Virus record (IMG/VR): IMGVR_UViG_3300035670_000025
Reading direction: 5' to 3' (one strand)
Source of the DNA: a virus
DNA length: 64,000 nucleotides
The notes beneath the pieces are model-generated. The model searched no databases and had not been told where the DNA came from. It saw nothing but the letters and a program-made list of their open reading frames with translations. Every line of letters starts with the position of its first letter. Position 1 is the first letter of the stretch. The translations under genes and the position numbers were made by a program. Below are positions 21,500 through 30,642 of this stretch, in pieces.

Positions 21500-22018
21500 A
21501 TGGACGAAAATTCTGATAATATGCATTTGCTTTACATACAAAAACAAGAACAGTTGTTGGTTGAAAACATGAGGAGTAAAGTTGATTATGAGATTAAATT
21601 ACATATTCTCAGTGAAAAGAATAATAATTTAATTGAGCAAATAAAACAAATGCAACATGCTTTTCAGAATCAACAAGATATTGGAAAACAAGCAATAGAC
21701 TCTTTTGAAAGGGTAACAAATGAGAACAACATGTTAAAATCTAGGTTGGAAGAAGAACAAACCAAGTTTAAAGAAGTTTCAAGCAGATTAGAGCAGAAAA
21801 TCCAAGAACTTGAGACTGGAGCACACGAACTAACAACCAAGGTTATACAGTTCTCTAATGAGAGATCTAATTATGAAAAACAAATTAAAGATTTACAAAT
21901 AGAAATAAATAGACAGACAGAAGAATTAGAACGGTTACATAACAATACTAATTCTAAACAAAAGAAAAAGAAATCAGAATTATTGGTAGAACAATCAACT
22001 GATTCTGGTACTTTTTAA
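21500..22018 (+). CDS. Coiled-coil protein ending DSGTF
   Basis: E/Q/K-rich heptad pattern; RBS GGAG. Confidence 0.6.
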   Translation: MDENSDNMHLLYIQKQEQLLVENMRSKVDYEIKLHILSEKNNNLIEQIKQMQHAFQNQQDIGKQAIDSFERVTNENNMLKSRLEEEQTKFKEVSSRLEQKIQELETGAHELTTKVIQFSNERSNYEKQIKDLQIEINRQTEELERLHNNTNSKQKKKKSELLVEQSTDSGTF

Positions 22019-22064
22019 GTAGGCATATTTGCCAATCAGTATATACTGATTTAGGAGACCAAAA

Positions 22065-22763
22065 TTGGCCAATACAATATTCAAATTACGAAGATCTTCT
22101 GTTGCTGGTAAAGCACCAAACACATCTACATTAAGCATTGGTGAACTAGCAATCAATCTCACAGATAGAAAACTATATTCATCTGACGGAACAAATATAT
22201 TTGAAACAGGTAGTAATTTAACATCATTATCTGTATTTTCTGATATAAAAATAGGAAATAGTTCTGTTAATTCTAGTATCAATTCTACTTCTTTTTCTGG
22301 TGCTTCTAATTCTGCCACATATGCCAATGCATCTATATCAAATACCTTTACTGTAGGAAATTCTGTTTATTTTGTTGCTAATGGTAATGTTGGTATTGGC
22401 ACAAGCAGTCCTTCATATCCATTAGATGTCGCAGGGAATATAAATTCCTCAAATACAGTCTTTGCTGTCCATTTTGATAATGTGTCTGATATTTCTCTCA
22501 AAGAAAATATTCAACAAATCAATAATTCAATTGATATAATCAATCAATTCAATCCTGTGTCTTTTCAATGGAAAAACAATAAAAACATTTCATATGGTTT
22601 AATTGCTCAGGAAATTGAGAAAATTCTACCTTCAATTGTACACGAAAAAGCAGATGGTACAAAAACAATTAACTATATTGAAATAATTGCTTTTCTAATT
22701 GCAGCAATTAAAGAACAACAAAAGCAAATAGATAATATAAATAGTAATATCAACAATGCCTAG
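22065..22763 (+). CDS. Short fibre protein: Mtd-like N-terminus plus peptidase S74 (intramolecular chaperone) C-terminus; TTG start
   Basis: KLRRSS..GK.P....L..GELAINLTDRKLY; SDISLKENI...PVSF.W...YGLIAQEIE. Confidence 0.75.
   Translation: MANTIFKLRRSSVAGKAPNTSTLSIGELAINLTDRKLYSSDGTNIFETGSNLTSLSVFSDIKIGNSSVNSSINSTSFSGASNSATYANASISNTFTVGNSVYFVANGNVGIGTSSPSYPLDVAGNINSSNTVFAVHFDNVSDISLKENIQQINNSIDIINQFNPVSFQWKNNKNISYGLIAQEIEKILPSIVHEKADGTKTINYIEIIAFLIAAIKEQQKQIDNINSNINNA
22736..22743 (+). promoter_or_regulatory. T4-type late promoter upstream of the 22784/23110/23833 genes
   Basis: TATAAATA 40 nt before the ATG, which has a GGAGG RBS. Confidence 0.65.
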
Positions 22764-22783
22764 TAATCCAACGGAGGTCGAAA

Positions 22784-23101
22784 ATGGCAAAGTACTCAAC
22801 AACTAAAACACTTAAAAAAGCACAACCCACAGTTAATATTGCTGACAATATTGTCAAAAAGTGGGATATTGAAGTAATATACAAACACACAAGAAATGAT
22901 GGAACAACATGGTCTCGTGCATATCCACATACAGAAGATGTGGAATATCTTAACAAAACAACATCACAATTCACAAAAGCAGAATTGATTGGTTTTATGC
23001 CACCAAATATGGATGTAATTTTTGATGCTCACTATGAAGCACATAATACACCAGCAACCGAAGAAAAAGTATCTGATTTTAATATTAACGATTTGAACTA
23101 A
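22784..23101 (+). CDS. Hypothetical protein (possible fibre-associated chaperone)
   Basis: ORF with GGAGG RBS between fibre genes. Confidence 0.5.
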   Translation: MAKYSTTKTLKKAQPTVNIADNIVKKWDIEVIYKHTRNDGTTWSRAYPHTEDVEYLNKTTSQFTKAELIGFMPPNMDVIFDAHYEAHNTPATEEKVSDFNINDLN

Positions 23102-23109
23102 AAGGATGA

Positions 23110-23829
23110 ATGATTATGAAAAAAATGAAAAATGTAAAGACAGAAACTCCAGAAGTTTCTGAACAACCTAAAATGCGAACTGTTATGCTTGCAGCACCCT
23201 CTTATGATGGAAAAGTGAATGTATGGCATGCATCTGCATTATCGGAAACCTGTAAAATTGGTTTAACAAGAAATATCAATGTTATTGCTGTTTATATGAG
23301 TTTTGATGCTTTAGTTCAAAGAGCAAGGAATGATATTGTTAAGATGGCAATAGATTCTAATGTTGATGATTTATTCTTCATTGATTGTGATATGGATTGG
23401 AATCCAAATGATTTCTTTCGGATGTTAGAATATGATGTTGGTATTGTTGGTGCACCTGTTGTTAAGAAAAGTGATTTTGAACAATACAATGTTAAATTAA
23501 CATCACAACTAAAGATTGAAGATAATGGTTTATCAATTGTAGATGCAGTTGGTACAGGAATGATGCGTATTAGGAGAGATGCTTTATTGAAACTATGGGA
23601 AGCAAGTCCTGAATACAAAGAACCACATAAACCTGAACCAACAAGAATGGTATTTGACATTCAAGTTATTGATGGACAATTAGTTAGTGAAGATATTGTA
23701 ATGTGTAGAAAATGGGTTGATATGGGTGAAAAGATTTATATTGATCCAGTTGTAAGTTGTGGACATTCTGGTGAAAAGAGATGGATTGGCAATTTTTACG
23801 AATGGTATAAAGTAAATATTAGAAGGTAA
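23110..23829 (+). CDS. Glycosyltransferase-like protein (GT-A fold, GT2-like)
   Basis: VMLAAPSYDG, LVQRARN, LFFIDCD (DxD), VGTGMMRI.R, SEDIV.C..W...G..IY.D...GH.G. Confidence 0.7.
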   Translation: MIMKKMKNVKTETPEVSEQPKMRTVMLAAPSYDGKVNVWHASALSETCKIGLTRNINVIAVYMSFDALVQRARNDIVKMAIDSNVDDLFFIDCDMDWNPNDFFRMLEYDVGIVGAPVVKKSDFEQYNVKLTSQLKIEDNGLSIVDAVGTGMMRIRRDALLKLWEASPEYKEPHKPEPTRMVFDIQVIDGQLVSEDIVMCRKWVDMGEKIYIDPVVSCGHSGEKRWIGNFYEWYKVNIRR

Positions 23830-23832
23830 AAA

Positions 23833-26571
23833 ATGGCAATAAAAATCCAAGGTTCGGTTGTTTTGGATTATGATGGTGCTAGTTATTCTAGCACCAACAT
23901 TGCTGTTGGTATTGATGCGTTGAAGAATAATACAACAGGCATTAGTAATGTAGCAGTTGGTTATCAAGCATTATTTGATAATACAACAGGTGTTAATAAT
24001 ACAGCAGTTGGTTTTCAAGCATTATATACAAATACAATAGGCGGTGATAATACAGCAGTTGGTCGTCAAGCATTATTTTCAAATACAACAGGTGTTAATA
24101 ATACAGCAGTTGGTTTTCAAGCATTATATACAAATACAATAGGCGGTGATAATACAGCAGTTGGTTATCTAGCATTATTTTCAAATACAACAGGTGTTAA
24201 TAATACAGCAGTTGGCAGATCAGCATTATATACAAATACAACAGGCGGTGATAATACAGCAGTTGGTCGTCAAGCACTTGGTGCAAATACAACAGGGGTT
24301 GATAATACAGCAGTTGGTTTTCAAGCATTATTTGATAATACAATAGGTGTTAGAAATACAGCAGTTGGTGATAGCACACTAGCAAACAATACAACAGGCA
24401 ATGATAATACAGCAGTTGGCAGATCAGCACTAAATGCAAATACAACAGGCATTAATAATACAGCAGTTGGTGTAGAAGTACTAAATTCAAATACGATTGG
24501 TATTGAAAATACAGCAGTTGGTCGTGGTGCTTTATTTGCAAATACAACAGGCAGTAATAACACATCGGTTGGAAGATTATCATTAAGATTTAATACAATA
24601 GGCAATGATAACACAGCAGTTGGATTTGCAGCACTATATTCAAACACAACAGGAGTTGATAATACAGCACTTGGACAATCAGCACTATATTCAAACACAA
24701 CAGGCAATGATAATACAGCAGTTGGTAGATCAGCACTATCATCAAACACAACAGGTGTTAGAAATACAGCAGTAGGTTTAAATTCACTTTATGCAAATAC
24801 AACAGGCAATGATAATACCGCAGTTGGCAGAGATTCGCTGGAAAATAACACAACAGGTGTTAGTAACACAGCAGTTGGTTCTCCTGCATTAGAAAGTAAT
24901 ACAACAGGTGTTAGAAATACAGCAGTTGGTGGTTCAGCACTACTTTCAAATACAGTTGGTATTGATAATACAGCAATTGGTGCGCAAGCATTACAAAATA
25001 ACACAACAGGCAACAATAATACAGCAGTTGGTAGAGGATCATTACTAGCAAATACAACAGGTATTGAAAACACAGCAGTTGGTTATCTAGCATTATTTGA
25101 TAATACAATAGGTGTTAGAAATACAGCAATCGGTGAAAACACACTAGCAAACAATACAACAGGCACTGATAATACAGCAGTTGGCCGACGAGCATTATTT
25201 ACAAATACAACAGGTGCTCATAACACCGCAGTTGGAATGACTGCACTATTAAGTAATACAATAGGTATTAATAATATAGCAGTTGGTTCTGCAAGTTTAT
25301 ATAATAATACAACAGGTGTTAGTAATGTAGCAGTTGGTAGATCAGCATTATTAAGTAATACAATAGGTGTTGAAAATACAGCAGTTGGTTTGCAGGCACT
25401 ATATTCAAATATAACAGGTGTTAGTAATGTAGCAGTCGGAATGAATGCATTATATTACAATACAACAGGCAATTATAATACAGCAGTTGGTAGATCAGCA
25501 CTATTTAATAATACAACAGGTTACTACAATACAGCAGTTGGTCAGGGAGCACTATTTAATAGTACAACTGGTGTTAATAATACAGCAGTTGGTTTAAACG
25601 CACTATATTCAAATACAATAGGTGTTAATAATACAGCAGTTGGATTGAATGCATTATATTACAATACAACAGGCACTAATAATACAGCAGTTGGTGTTAA
25701 TGCATTATATTACAATACAACAGGTTACTACAATACAGCAGTTGGATTGAATGCATTATTATCAAATACAACAGGTATTCAAAATACAGCAGTTGGTTAT
25801 CAAGCATTAATTCTTAATACAACAGGTTACTACAATACAGCATTTGGTGTTAATGCATTATATTCAAATACAACAGGTGTTCAAAATACAGCAGTTGGTC
25901 AAAATGCGTTATACTCCAACACAATTGGTTATGATAATGTAGCAGTTGGATTGAATGCATTATATTACAATACAACAGGTTACTACAATACAGCAGTTGG
26001 TCAGGGAGCACTATTTAATAGTACAACTGGTGTTAATAATACAGCAGTTGGTCGGCATGCTCTAATTTCAAATACAACAGGTGTTAATAATACAGCAGTT
26101 GGTCTAACAGCAGGAAGCAACATAACAACAGGAACCAACAATACATTACTTGGATATAATGCACAACCATCATCAGCAACAGTATCAAACGAATTTACTT
26201 TAGGTGATGCTAATATAAGTAATCTTCGTTGTGCTGATACCTCCATTTCATCTCTATCAGATATCCGTGATAAAACAAATATCCAAAATATACCAGTTGG
26301 TCTCAATTATATCAAAGCAGTTAGACCAGTTATGTTTGATTGGAATACCAGAGATAGAACCAGAAAAGGTAAAAAAGATTTTGGTTTCATAGCACAAGAA
26401 TTGGATCAAGTAGAACAACAATTTGGTTATGCTGAATATACCAGATTAGTTCATAAAGAAAATCCCGATAAATGGGAAGCAGATCCAATGAAAATGTTTC
26501 CTATTCTAATTAAAGCAATACAAGAATTATCAGAAGAAGTAGAACAACTTAAAGCAAAATTAGCAGCATAA
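23833..26571 (+). CDS. Long repeat-rich tail fibre/adhesin with C-terminal peptidase S74 chaperone
   Basis: About 44 copies of the 17-aa repeat NTTGxxNTAVGxxALxx; SDIRDKTNI...L.YI...RPV.F.W...GFIAQEL. Confidence 0.8.
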   Translation: MAIKIQGSVVLDYDGASYSSTNIAVGIDALKNNTTGISNVAVGYQALFDNTTGVNNTAVGFQALYTNTIGGDNTAVGRQALFSNTTGVNNTAVGFQALYTNTIGGDNTAVGYLALFSNTTGVNNTAVGRSALYTNTTGGDNTAVGRQALGANTTGVDNTAVGFQALFDNTIGVRNTAVGDSTLANNTTGNDNTAVGRSALNANTTGINNTAVGVEVLNSNTIGIENTAVGRGALFANTTGSNNTSVGRLSLRFNTIGNDNTAVGFAALYSNTTGVDNTALGQSALYSNTTGNDNTAVGRSALSSNTTGVRNTAVGLNSLYANTTGNDNTAVGRDSLENNTTGVSNTAVGSPALESNTTGVRNTAVGGSALLSNTVGIDNTAIGAQALQNNTTGNNNTAVGRGSLLANTTGIENTAVGYLALFDNTIGVRNTAIGENTLANNTTGTDNTAVGRRALFTNTTGAHNTAVGMTALLSNTIGINNIAVGSASLYNNTTGVSNVAVGRSALLSNTIGVENTAVGLQALYSNITGVSNVAVGMNALYYNTTGNYNTAVGRSALFNNTTGYYNTAVGQGALFNSTTGVNNTAVGLNALYSNTIGVNNTAVGLNALYYNTTGTNNTAVGVNALYYNTTGYYNTAVGLNALLSNTTGIQNTAVGYQALILNTTGYYNTAFGVNALYSNTTGVQNTAVGQNALYSNTIGYDNVAVGLNALYYNTTGYYNTAVGQGALFNSTTGVNNTAVGRHALISNTTGVNNTAVGLTAGSNITTGTNNTLLGYNAQPSSATVSNEFTLGDANISNLRCADTSISSLSDIRDKTNIQNIPVGLNYIKAVRPVMFDWNTRDRTRKGKKDFGFIAQELDQVEQQFGYAEYTRLVHKENPDKWEADPMKMFPILIKAIQELSEEVEQLKAKLAA
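23893..26160 (+). repeat. Coding tandem repeat, 51-bp/17-aa period, about 44 units
   Basis: aatacaacagg...aatacagcagttgg recurs every 51 bp, in frame. Confidence 0.9.
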
Positions 26572-26572
26572 A

Positions 26573-26580
26573 TATAAATA
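26573..26580 (+). promoter_or_regulatory. T4-type late promoter
   Basis: TATAAATA upstream of the ORF at 26615. Confidence 0.75.
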
Positions 26581-26614
26581 ATAATAAAAACACTAACCAA
26601 GGGAGAATAGGAAC

Positions 26615-29248
26615 TTGGCAGACAAGAACTTTGAAGTCCGCAAAGGACTTACAGTAGCAAATACCGTAATCGTAACATCAGGTGCTAATGTTGGTATCAA
26701 TAATACATCACCAACACATACTTTATCCGTCAACGGAACTGGATTCGTAAATACTTCTTTACAAGTATCAACCACCGTCACAGCAAATGCAACTGGGTTA
26801 TATGTTGGTCTTGTCAATGCAACTACCATCACTACTACTACTATAAATGCAACAACAATTAATGCCAGTTCTTACGGTACTATAAATTCAACAAGTGTTA
26901 ATGCAATATCTATAAATGCTAACACAATAAATGCAGCATCACATACTGTTGGTACATCAACAATTGCTAATTCTACTGGTGTTTATACCACAGGAACAAT
27001 GAATGCAGCATCACATACTGTTGGTACATCAACAATTGCCAATTCTACTGGTGTTTATACTAACTTTGTTGGGTCTAATACTTTTATTGTTGGGAATACT
27101 ACAACTGGAACTGGTGGTAGTTTACAAAATACGACAACGGTTTTTGTTGGAAACAATCTTGTCAATACTTTGATTACTTCTGGAGGGTTGAATGTAAATG
27201 GAGCATCTTTAGTAAATAGTTCTGGTTTTCATACCAGTGGAAATTTGGCTATTGGTGGAACAATATTAATTGATGGTGTTGCGGGAAATACAAATGAAAT
27301 TATTGCTTCTGACGGAACTTCAGCATATTGGACTTCTTTTGGTCTTACTCCGGGTCTTATACCTTCAGAATATGTCCGTGATGATGAAAATGTTACTTTT
27401 AATGGAAATCTGGTATTTAATAGTTCCAACAATTCTTTTACAAATACTATTGGTTCTGTTACTATATCAACAAACACTTTTGTCGTTAATTCTAATACAT
27501 CTTTTTCTAGTCCTAATATATCCTTTAGTGGAACTAATCTCAGTGTTTCTTCAAATGCAAGTTTTAGTGGAAATTTATCAGTATTAAGAATAACATCTAC
27601 TCAAAATGTAACCACACTAGGAACAACTCTTTACATAACAACTTCTGGAAATGTTGGAATTTCAAATTCTGCACCAACACACAAATTTAGAGTAAACGGA
27701 ACATCATCGTTAGCAGGTGCAGTTAGTGATGTTACAACACTTTCTGCTGGAAATACAACAATAACAGGTTTTGTAAATTCTTCTGTATCAGTAAATTCTG
27801 CTTTAATAACAGTTGGTTCTTCAGTAATATCAAATACTTCTGGTGTTTATACCACAGGAACAATGAATGCTGCATCACATACTGTTGGTACATCAACAAT
27901 TGCAAATTCTACTGGTGTTTATACTACAGGAACAATGAATGCAGCATCACATACTGTTGGTACATCATTCGTTGCAAATTCTACTGTTGTAAATGCCTTC
28001 GCATATAATATTGGAACTGCTTTTATTGCTAATACTCTTGGGGCATATCATATAGGAACTGTAAACGCACAGTTGTTTTCTGTTGGTACAAGCACAATTG
28101 CTAATTCTACTGGTGTTTATACTACAGGAACAATGAATGCTGCATCACACACTGTTGGTACAAGCACAATTGCTAATTCTACTGGTGTTTATACCGGTGT
28201 AGTTAATGCTGCATCACACACTGTTGGTACAAGTACAATTGCTAATTCTACTGGTGTTTATACCGGTGTAGTTAATGCTGCATCACACACTGTTGGTACA
28301 AGTACAATTGCTAATTCTACTGGTGTTTATACTACAGGAACAATGAATGCAGCATCACATACTGTTGGCACATCAACAATTGCCAACTCTACTGGTGTTT
28401 ATACTGGTGTAGTTAATGCAACATCACATACTGTTGGCACAAATACAATTGCTAATTCTACTGGTGTTTATACTGGTGTAGTTAACGGTTCTACATTATC
28501 TGTTGGATCATCTGTAACCGCAAACTCAACACGGGTTGTTCTTGGAACCTCTGTAGGTTTACAAGCAAATGGTGGTATTGGCACTTCCGGACAAGTTTTA
28601 CACTCAAACGGAACCACTGTTTATTGGGCAACAGATGACCAAGGAGTGACATCTGTAGCAACTGGCAATGGTATGATTGGTGGAACTATTACTAGTACAG
28701 GAACCGTGTCTGTTCGTGCTAATACTGGTATAATAGCAAATGCTACTGGCACTTATGTAAATTCTGCTTATATTGCAACTATAGCATCAAACAGTGCAAC
28801 TTATGCTAATGCATCTATATCAAATACCTTTACTATAGGAACTTCTGTTTATTTTGTTGCTAATGGTAATGTTGGTGTTGGAACTGCATCTCCAGCAACG
28901 ACCCTAGATGTTTCTGGCACAGTATCTATTGCAAAAGCAAATGTACAATCACAAACATTAACAGATGCTTCAACAATTAGTTGGAATACTGCATTGGGAC
29001 AAATTGCTACAGTTACATTAGGTGGAAATAGAACATTTGGTGCACCAACCAATTTGAAAATTGGTACATATATTCTTCATGTTATACAAGATGGTGCCGG
29101 TAATAGAACAATGACTTGGAATTCTGTATTTAAATGGACAGCAGGGGTTGCGCCTCCATTAACAACAACAGGAGGAGCAAGAGATGTGTTTTCTTTTGTT
29201 TGTGATGGTACAAATCTATATGGATCATTCTTACCGGATGTAAAATAA
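26615..29248 (+). CDS. Tail fibre protein with internal repeats (TTG start)
   Basis: DKNFEVRKGL N-terminus, GNVGI..T.P...L.V.G motifs, C-terminal LTD.STI.W...QDG.G.RT.TW...W..G..P.LT domain. Confidence 0.75.
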   Translation: MADKNFEVRKGLTVANTVIVTSGANVGINNTSPTHTLSVNGTGFVNTSLQVSTTVTANATGLYVGLVNATTITTTTINATTINASSYGTINSTSVNAISINANTINAASHTVGTSTIANSTGVYTTGTMNAASHTVGTSTIANSTGVYTNFVGSNTFIVGNTTTGTGGSLQNTTTVFVGNNLVNTLITSGGLNVNGASLVNSSGFHTSGNLAIGGTILIDGVAGNTNEIIASDGTSAYWTSFGLTPGLIPSEYVRDDENVTFNGNLVFNSSNNSFTNTIGSVTISTNTFVVNSNTSFSSPNISFSGTNLSVSSNASFSGNLSVLRITSTQNVTTLGTTLYITTSGNVGISNSAPTHKFRVNGTSSLAGAVSDVTTLSAGNTTITGFVNSSVSVNSALITVGSSVISNTSGVYTTGTMNAASHTVGTSTIANSTGVYTTGTMNAASHTVGTSFVANSTVVNAFAYNIGTAFIANTLGAYHIGTVNAQLFSVGTSTIANSTGVYTTGTMNAASHTVGTSTIANSTGVYTGVVNAASHTVGTSTIANSTGVYTGVVNAASHTVGTSTIANSTGVYTTGTMNAASHTVGTSTIANSTGVYTGVVNATSHTVGTNTIANSTGVYTGVVNGSTLSVGSSVTANSTRVVLGTSVGLQANGGIGTSGQVLHSNGTTVYWATDDQGVTSVATGNGMIGGTITSTGTVSVRANTGIIANATGTYVNSAYIATIASNSATYANASISNTFTIGTSVYFVANGNVGVGTASPATTLDVSGTVSIAKANVQSQTLTDASTISWNTALGQIATVTLGGNRTFGAPTNLKIGTYILHVIQDGAGNRTMTWNSVFKWTAGVAPPLTTTGGARDVFSFVCDGTNLYGSFLPDVK
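26930..28486 (+). repeat. Coding 69-72-bp repeats NAASHTVGTSTIANSTGVYT(TGTM/GVV), about 10 copies in two blocks
   Basis: Near-identical DNA units at about 26930-27061 and 27866-28486. Confidence 0.85.
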
Positions 29249-30216
29249 TGTTTATTATACCAATCTTAAGACCTACTAAAGTTGTTACAATTTCTGCCGG
29301 AACAAATAATGTTGATTTATACTCAACATCAGGAAATCCATTATATCCGTTGAATTTATTGTGTTTTATCAATGCAAATATTGGTTCAACATCTAACACA
29401 ACTCCAGCATTTAGAACTGGAACTGGTTGGAAAGCAGGAACATTTTTGTATGTAGATAATAATTCTACTATAACAGGAGGCACTGGCCCTGCTGGAAGTC
29501 CAGGAACTCCTGGTGCTAATGGTGCAGGTGGAGCAGGGGGTCCTGGTACTTTTTTCTCAAACAGCGCTCCCGCACCTTCTGGTTCTGGTGGAAGTCCTGG
29601 AGCAACAGGAGGAACTGGAGGAACTGGTAGTAATGGAGGAACAGCATTTGCAGCAAATTCAAACCCAGGAGTTATATTATATGTAGATAATGCATCAGCA
29701 ACATTTACTGGTGGTTCTGGTGGTACTGGTGGTCCAGGAGGTTCTGGTGGTACTGGTGGTGGAGGTGGTGGAGGTGCTGGTGGTTATTACTATTCTAGCA
29801 TTCCAAATAAAAAAGGTCCTTCTATAGATACTGCCTATGCTGGTGGTGGTGGTGGAGGTGGTGCTGGTTCTCCCGCTGGTGCTGGGGGTCCTGGTGGTGC
29901 TGGTATTGGAGGACCATCTTCCAGTCCAGGAAGTCCAGGTACAGCAACAACAGGTGGTGCTGGAGGTAATGGTGTTTTAGGTGCTCCAGGATTTCCTTCA
30001 TTTTCAGCCAATGGTGGTGGTGGTGGTAATTTAGGTTCAGCAGGAATTTCAGGTGATAATTATTCTGGTGTTAGTGGTGGTTCTGGTGGTTCTGGCGGTG
30101 GTGTTGGATCTACAGGTTCAACAGGACCAGCAGGTGCACAAGGTCCAGCAGTATCAGGCAATTCAAATATTACAGCATATATAAATACAGGAACTAGAAA
30201 TGGTCCTATTTCTTAA
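29248..30216 (+). CDS. Glycine-rich receptor-binding adhesin, T-even gp38-like
   Basis: L..DN...I.GG / GG.A glycine-rich motifs, poly-Gly runs flanking variable loops, C-terminal GAQGPAVSG...TGTRNG resembling the gp38 end; overlaps the fibre gene stop (TAATG). Confidence 0.6.
   Translation: MFIIPILRPTKVVTISAGTNNVDLYSTSGNPLYPLNLLCFINANIGSTSNTTPAFRTGTGWKAGTFLYVDNNSTITGGTGPAGSPGTPGANGAGGAGGPGTFFSNSAPAPSGSGGSPGATGGTGGTGSNGGTAFAANSNPGVILYVDNASATFTGGSGGTGGPGGSGGTGGGGGGGAGGYYYSSIPNKKGPSIDTAYAGGGGGGGAGSPAGAGGPGGAGIGGPSSSPGSPGTATTGGAGGNGVLGAPGFPSFSANGGGGGNLGSAGISGDNYSGVSGGSGGSGGGVGSTGSTGPAGAQGPAVSGNSNITAYINTGTRNGPIS
30180..30187 (+). promoter_or_regulatory. T4-type late promoter upstream of 30232 and the PP-loop ATPase genes
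   Basis: TATAAATA 44 nt before an ATG with AAGGAG RBS. Confidence 0.65.
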
Positions 30217-30231
30217 AGGAGAAGAACTTAA

Positions 30232-30642
30232 ATGAACATTTACTATAAAATAGTAGAAGTTTGGCCACAAGATCACTTAATTGTTGTTAGATATTTCACA
30301 GATACTATTACTGAAAATGAATTGGCATCTGCTCCTGGTACAAAACCAGATGGAACTCCTGTAAGATGTAGAACAGATGTATCATTATCAATTCCAATTC
30401 CAGAACCTACAGAAGAAGAATTAAAGAAAATTATTCTATTGAATTGTCCAATTGGTTTTTTTGAAACACAAGAAAAACTAAAAGATCCAGAAATTGATAC
30501 TTCAATGAGTACATATCAAGCACAATTGAATGTAGTGAAAACAACAACACTTGAAGAAATTGGTTCGTTAAGAATCCCACCAGAATCTACACCACAAGAT
30601 TTAACCGAAGAAGAGATCAATCAATTTATTAAACAATTATAA
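30232..30642 (+). CDS. Hypothetical protein (possible adhesin/fibre assembly factor)
   Basis: Strong RBS; follows the adhesin gene. Confidence 0.5.
   Translation: MNIYYKIVEVWPQDHLIVVRYFTDTITENELASAPGTKPDGTPVRCRTDVSLSIPIPEPTEEELKKIILLNCPIGFFETQEKLKDPEIDTSMSTYQAQLNVVKTTTLEEIGSLRIPPESTPQDLTEEEINQFIKQL

Noticed and set aside
19913-22763. Mtd-like N-termini suggesting a diversity-generating retroelement
   Set aside because: No reverse transcriptase in the window; the 75-bp shared segment is internal coding sequence with only three mismatches, not a TR/VR pair.
23893-26160. Regular 51-bp periodic repeat resembling a CRISPR array
   Set aside because: Units are in-frame coding repeats with synonymous variation and no unique spacers; no cas genes nearby.
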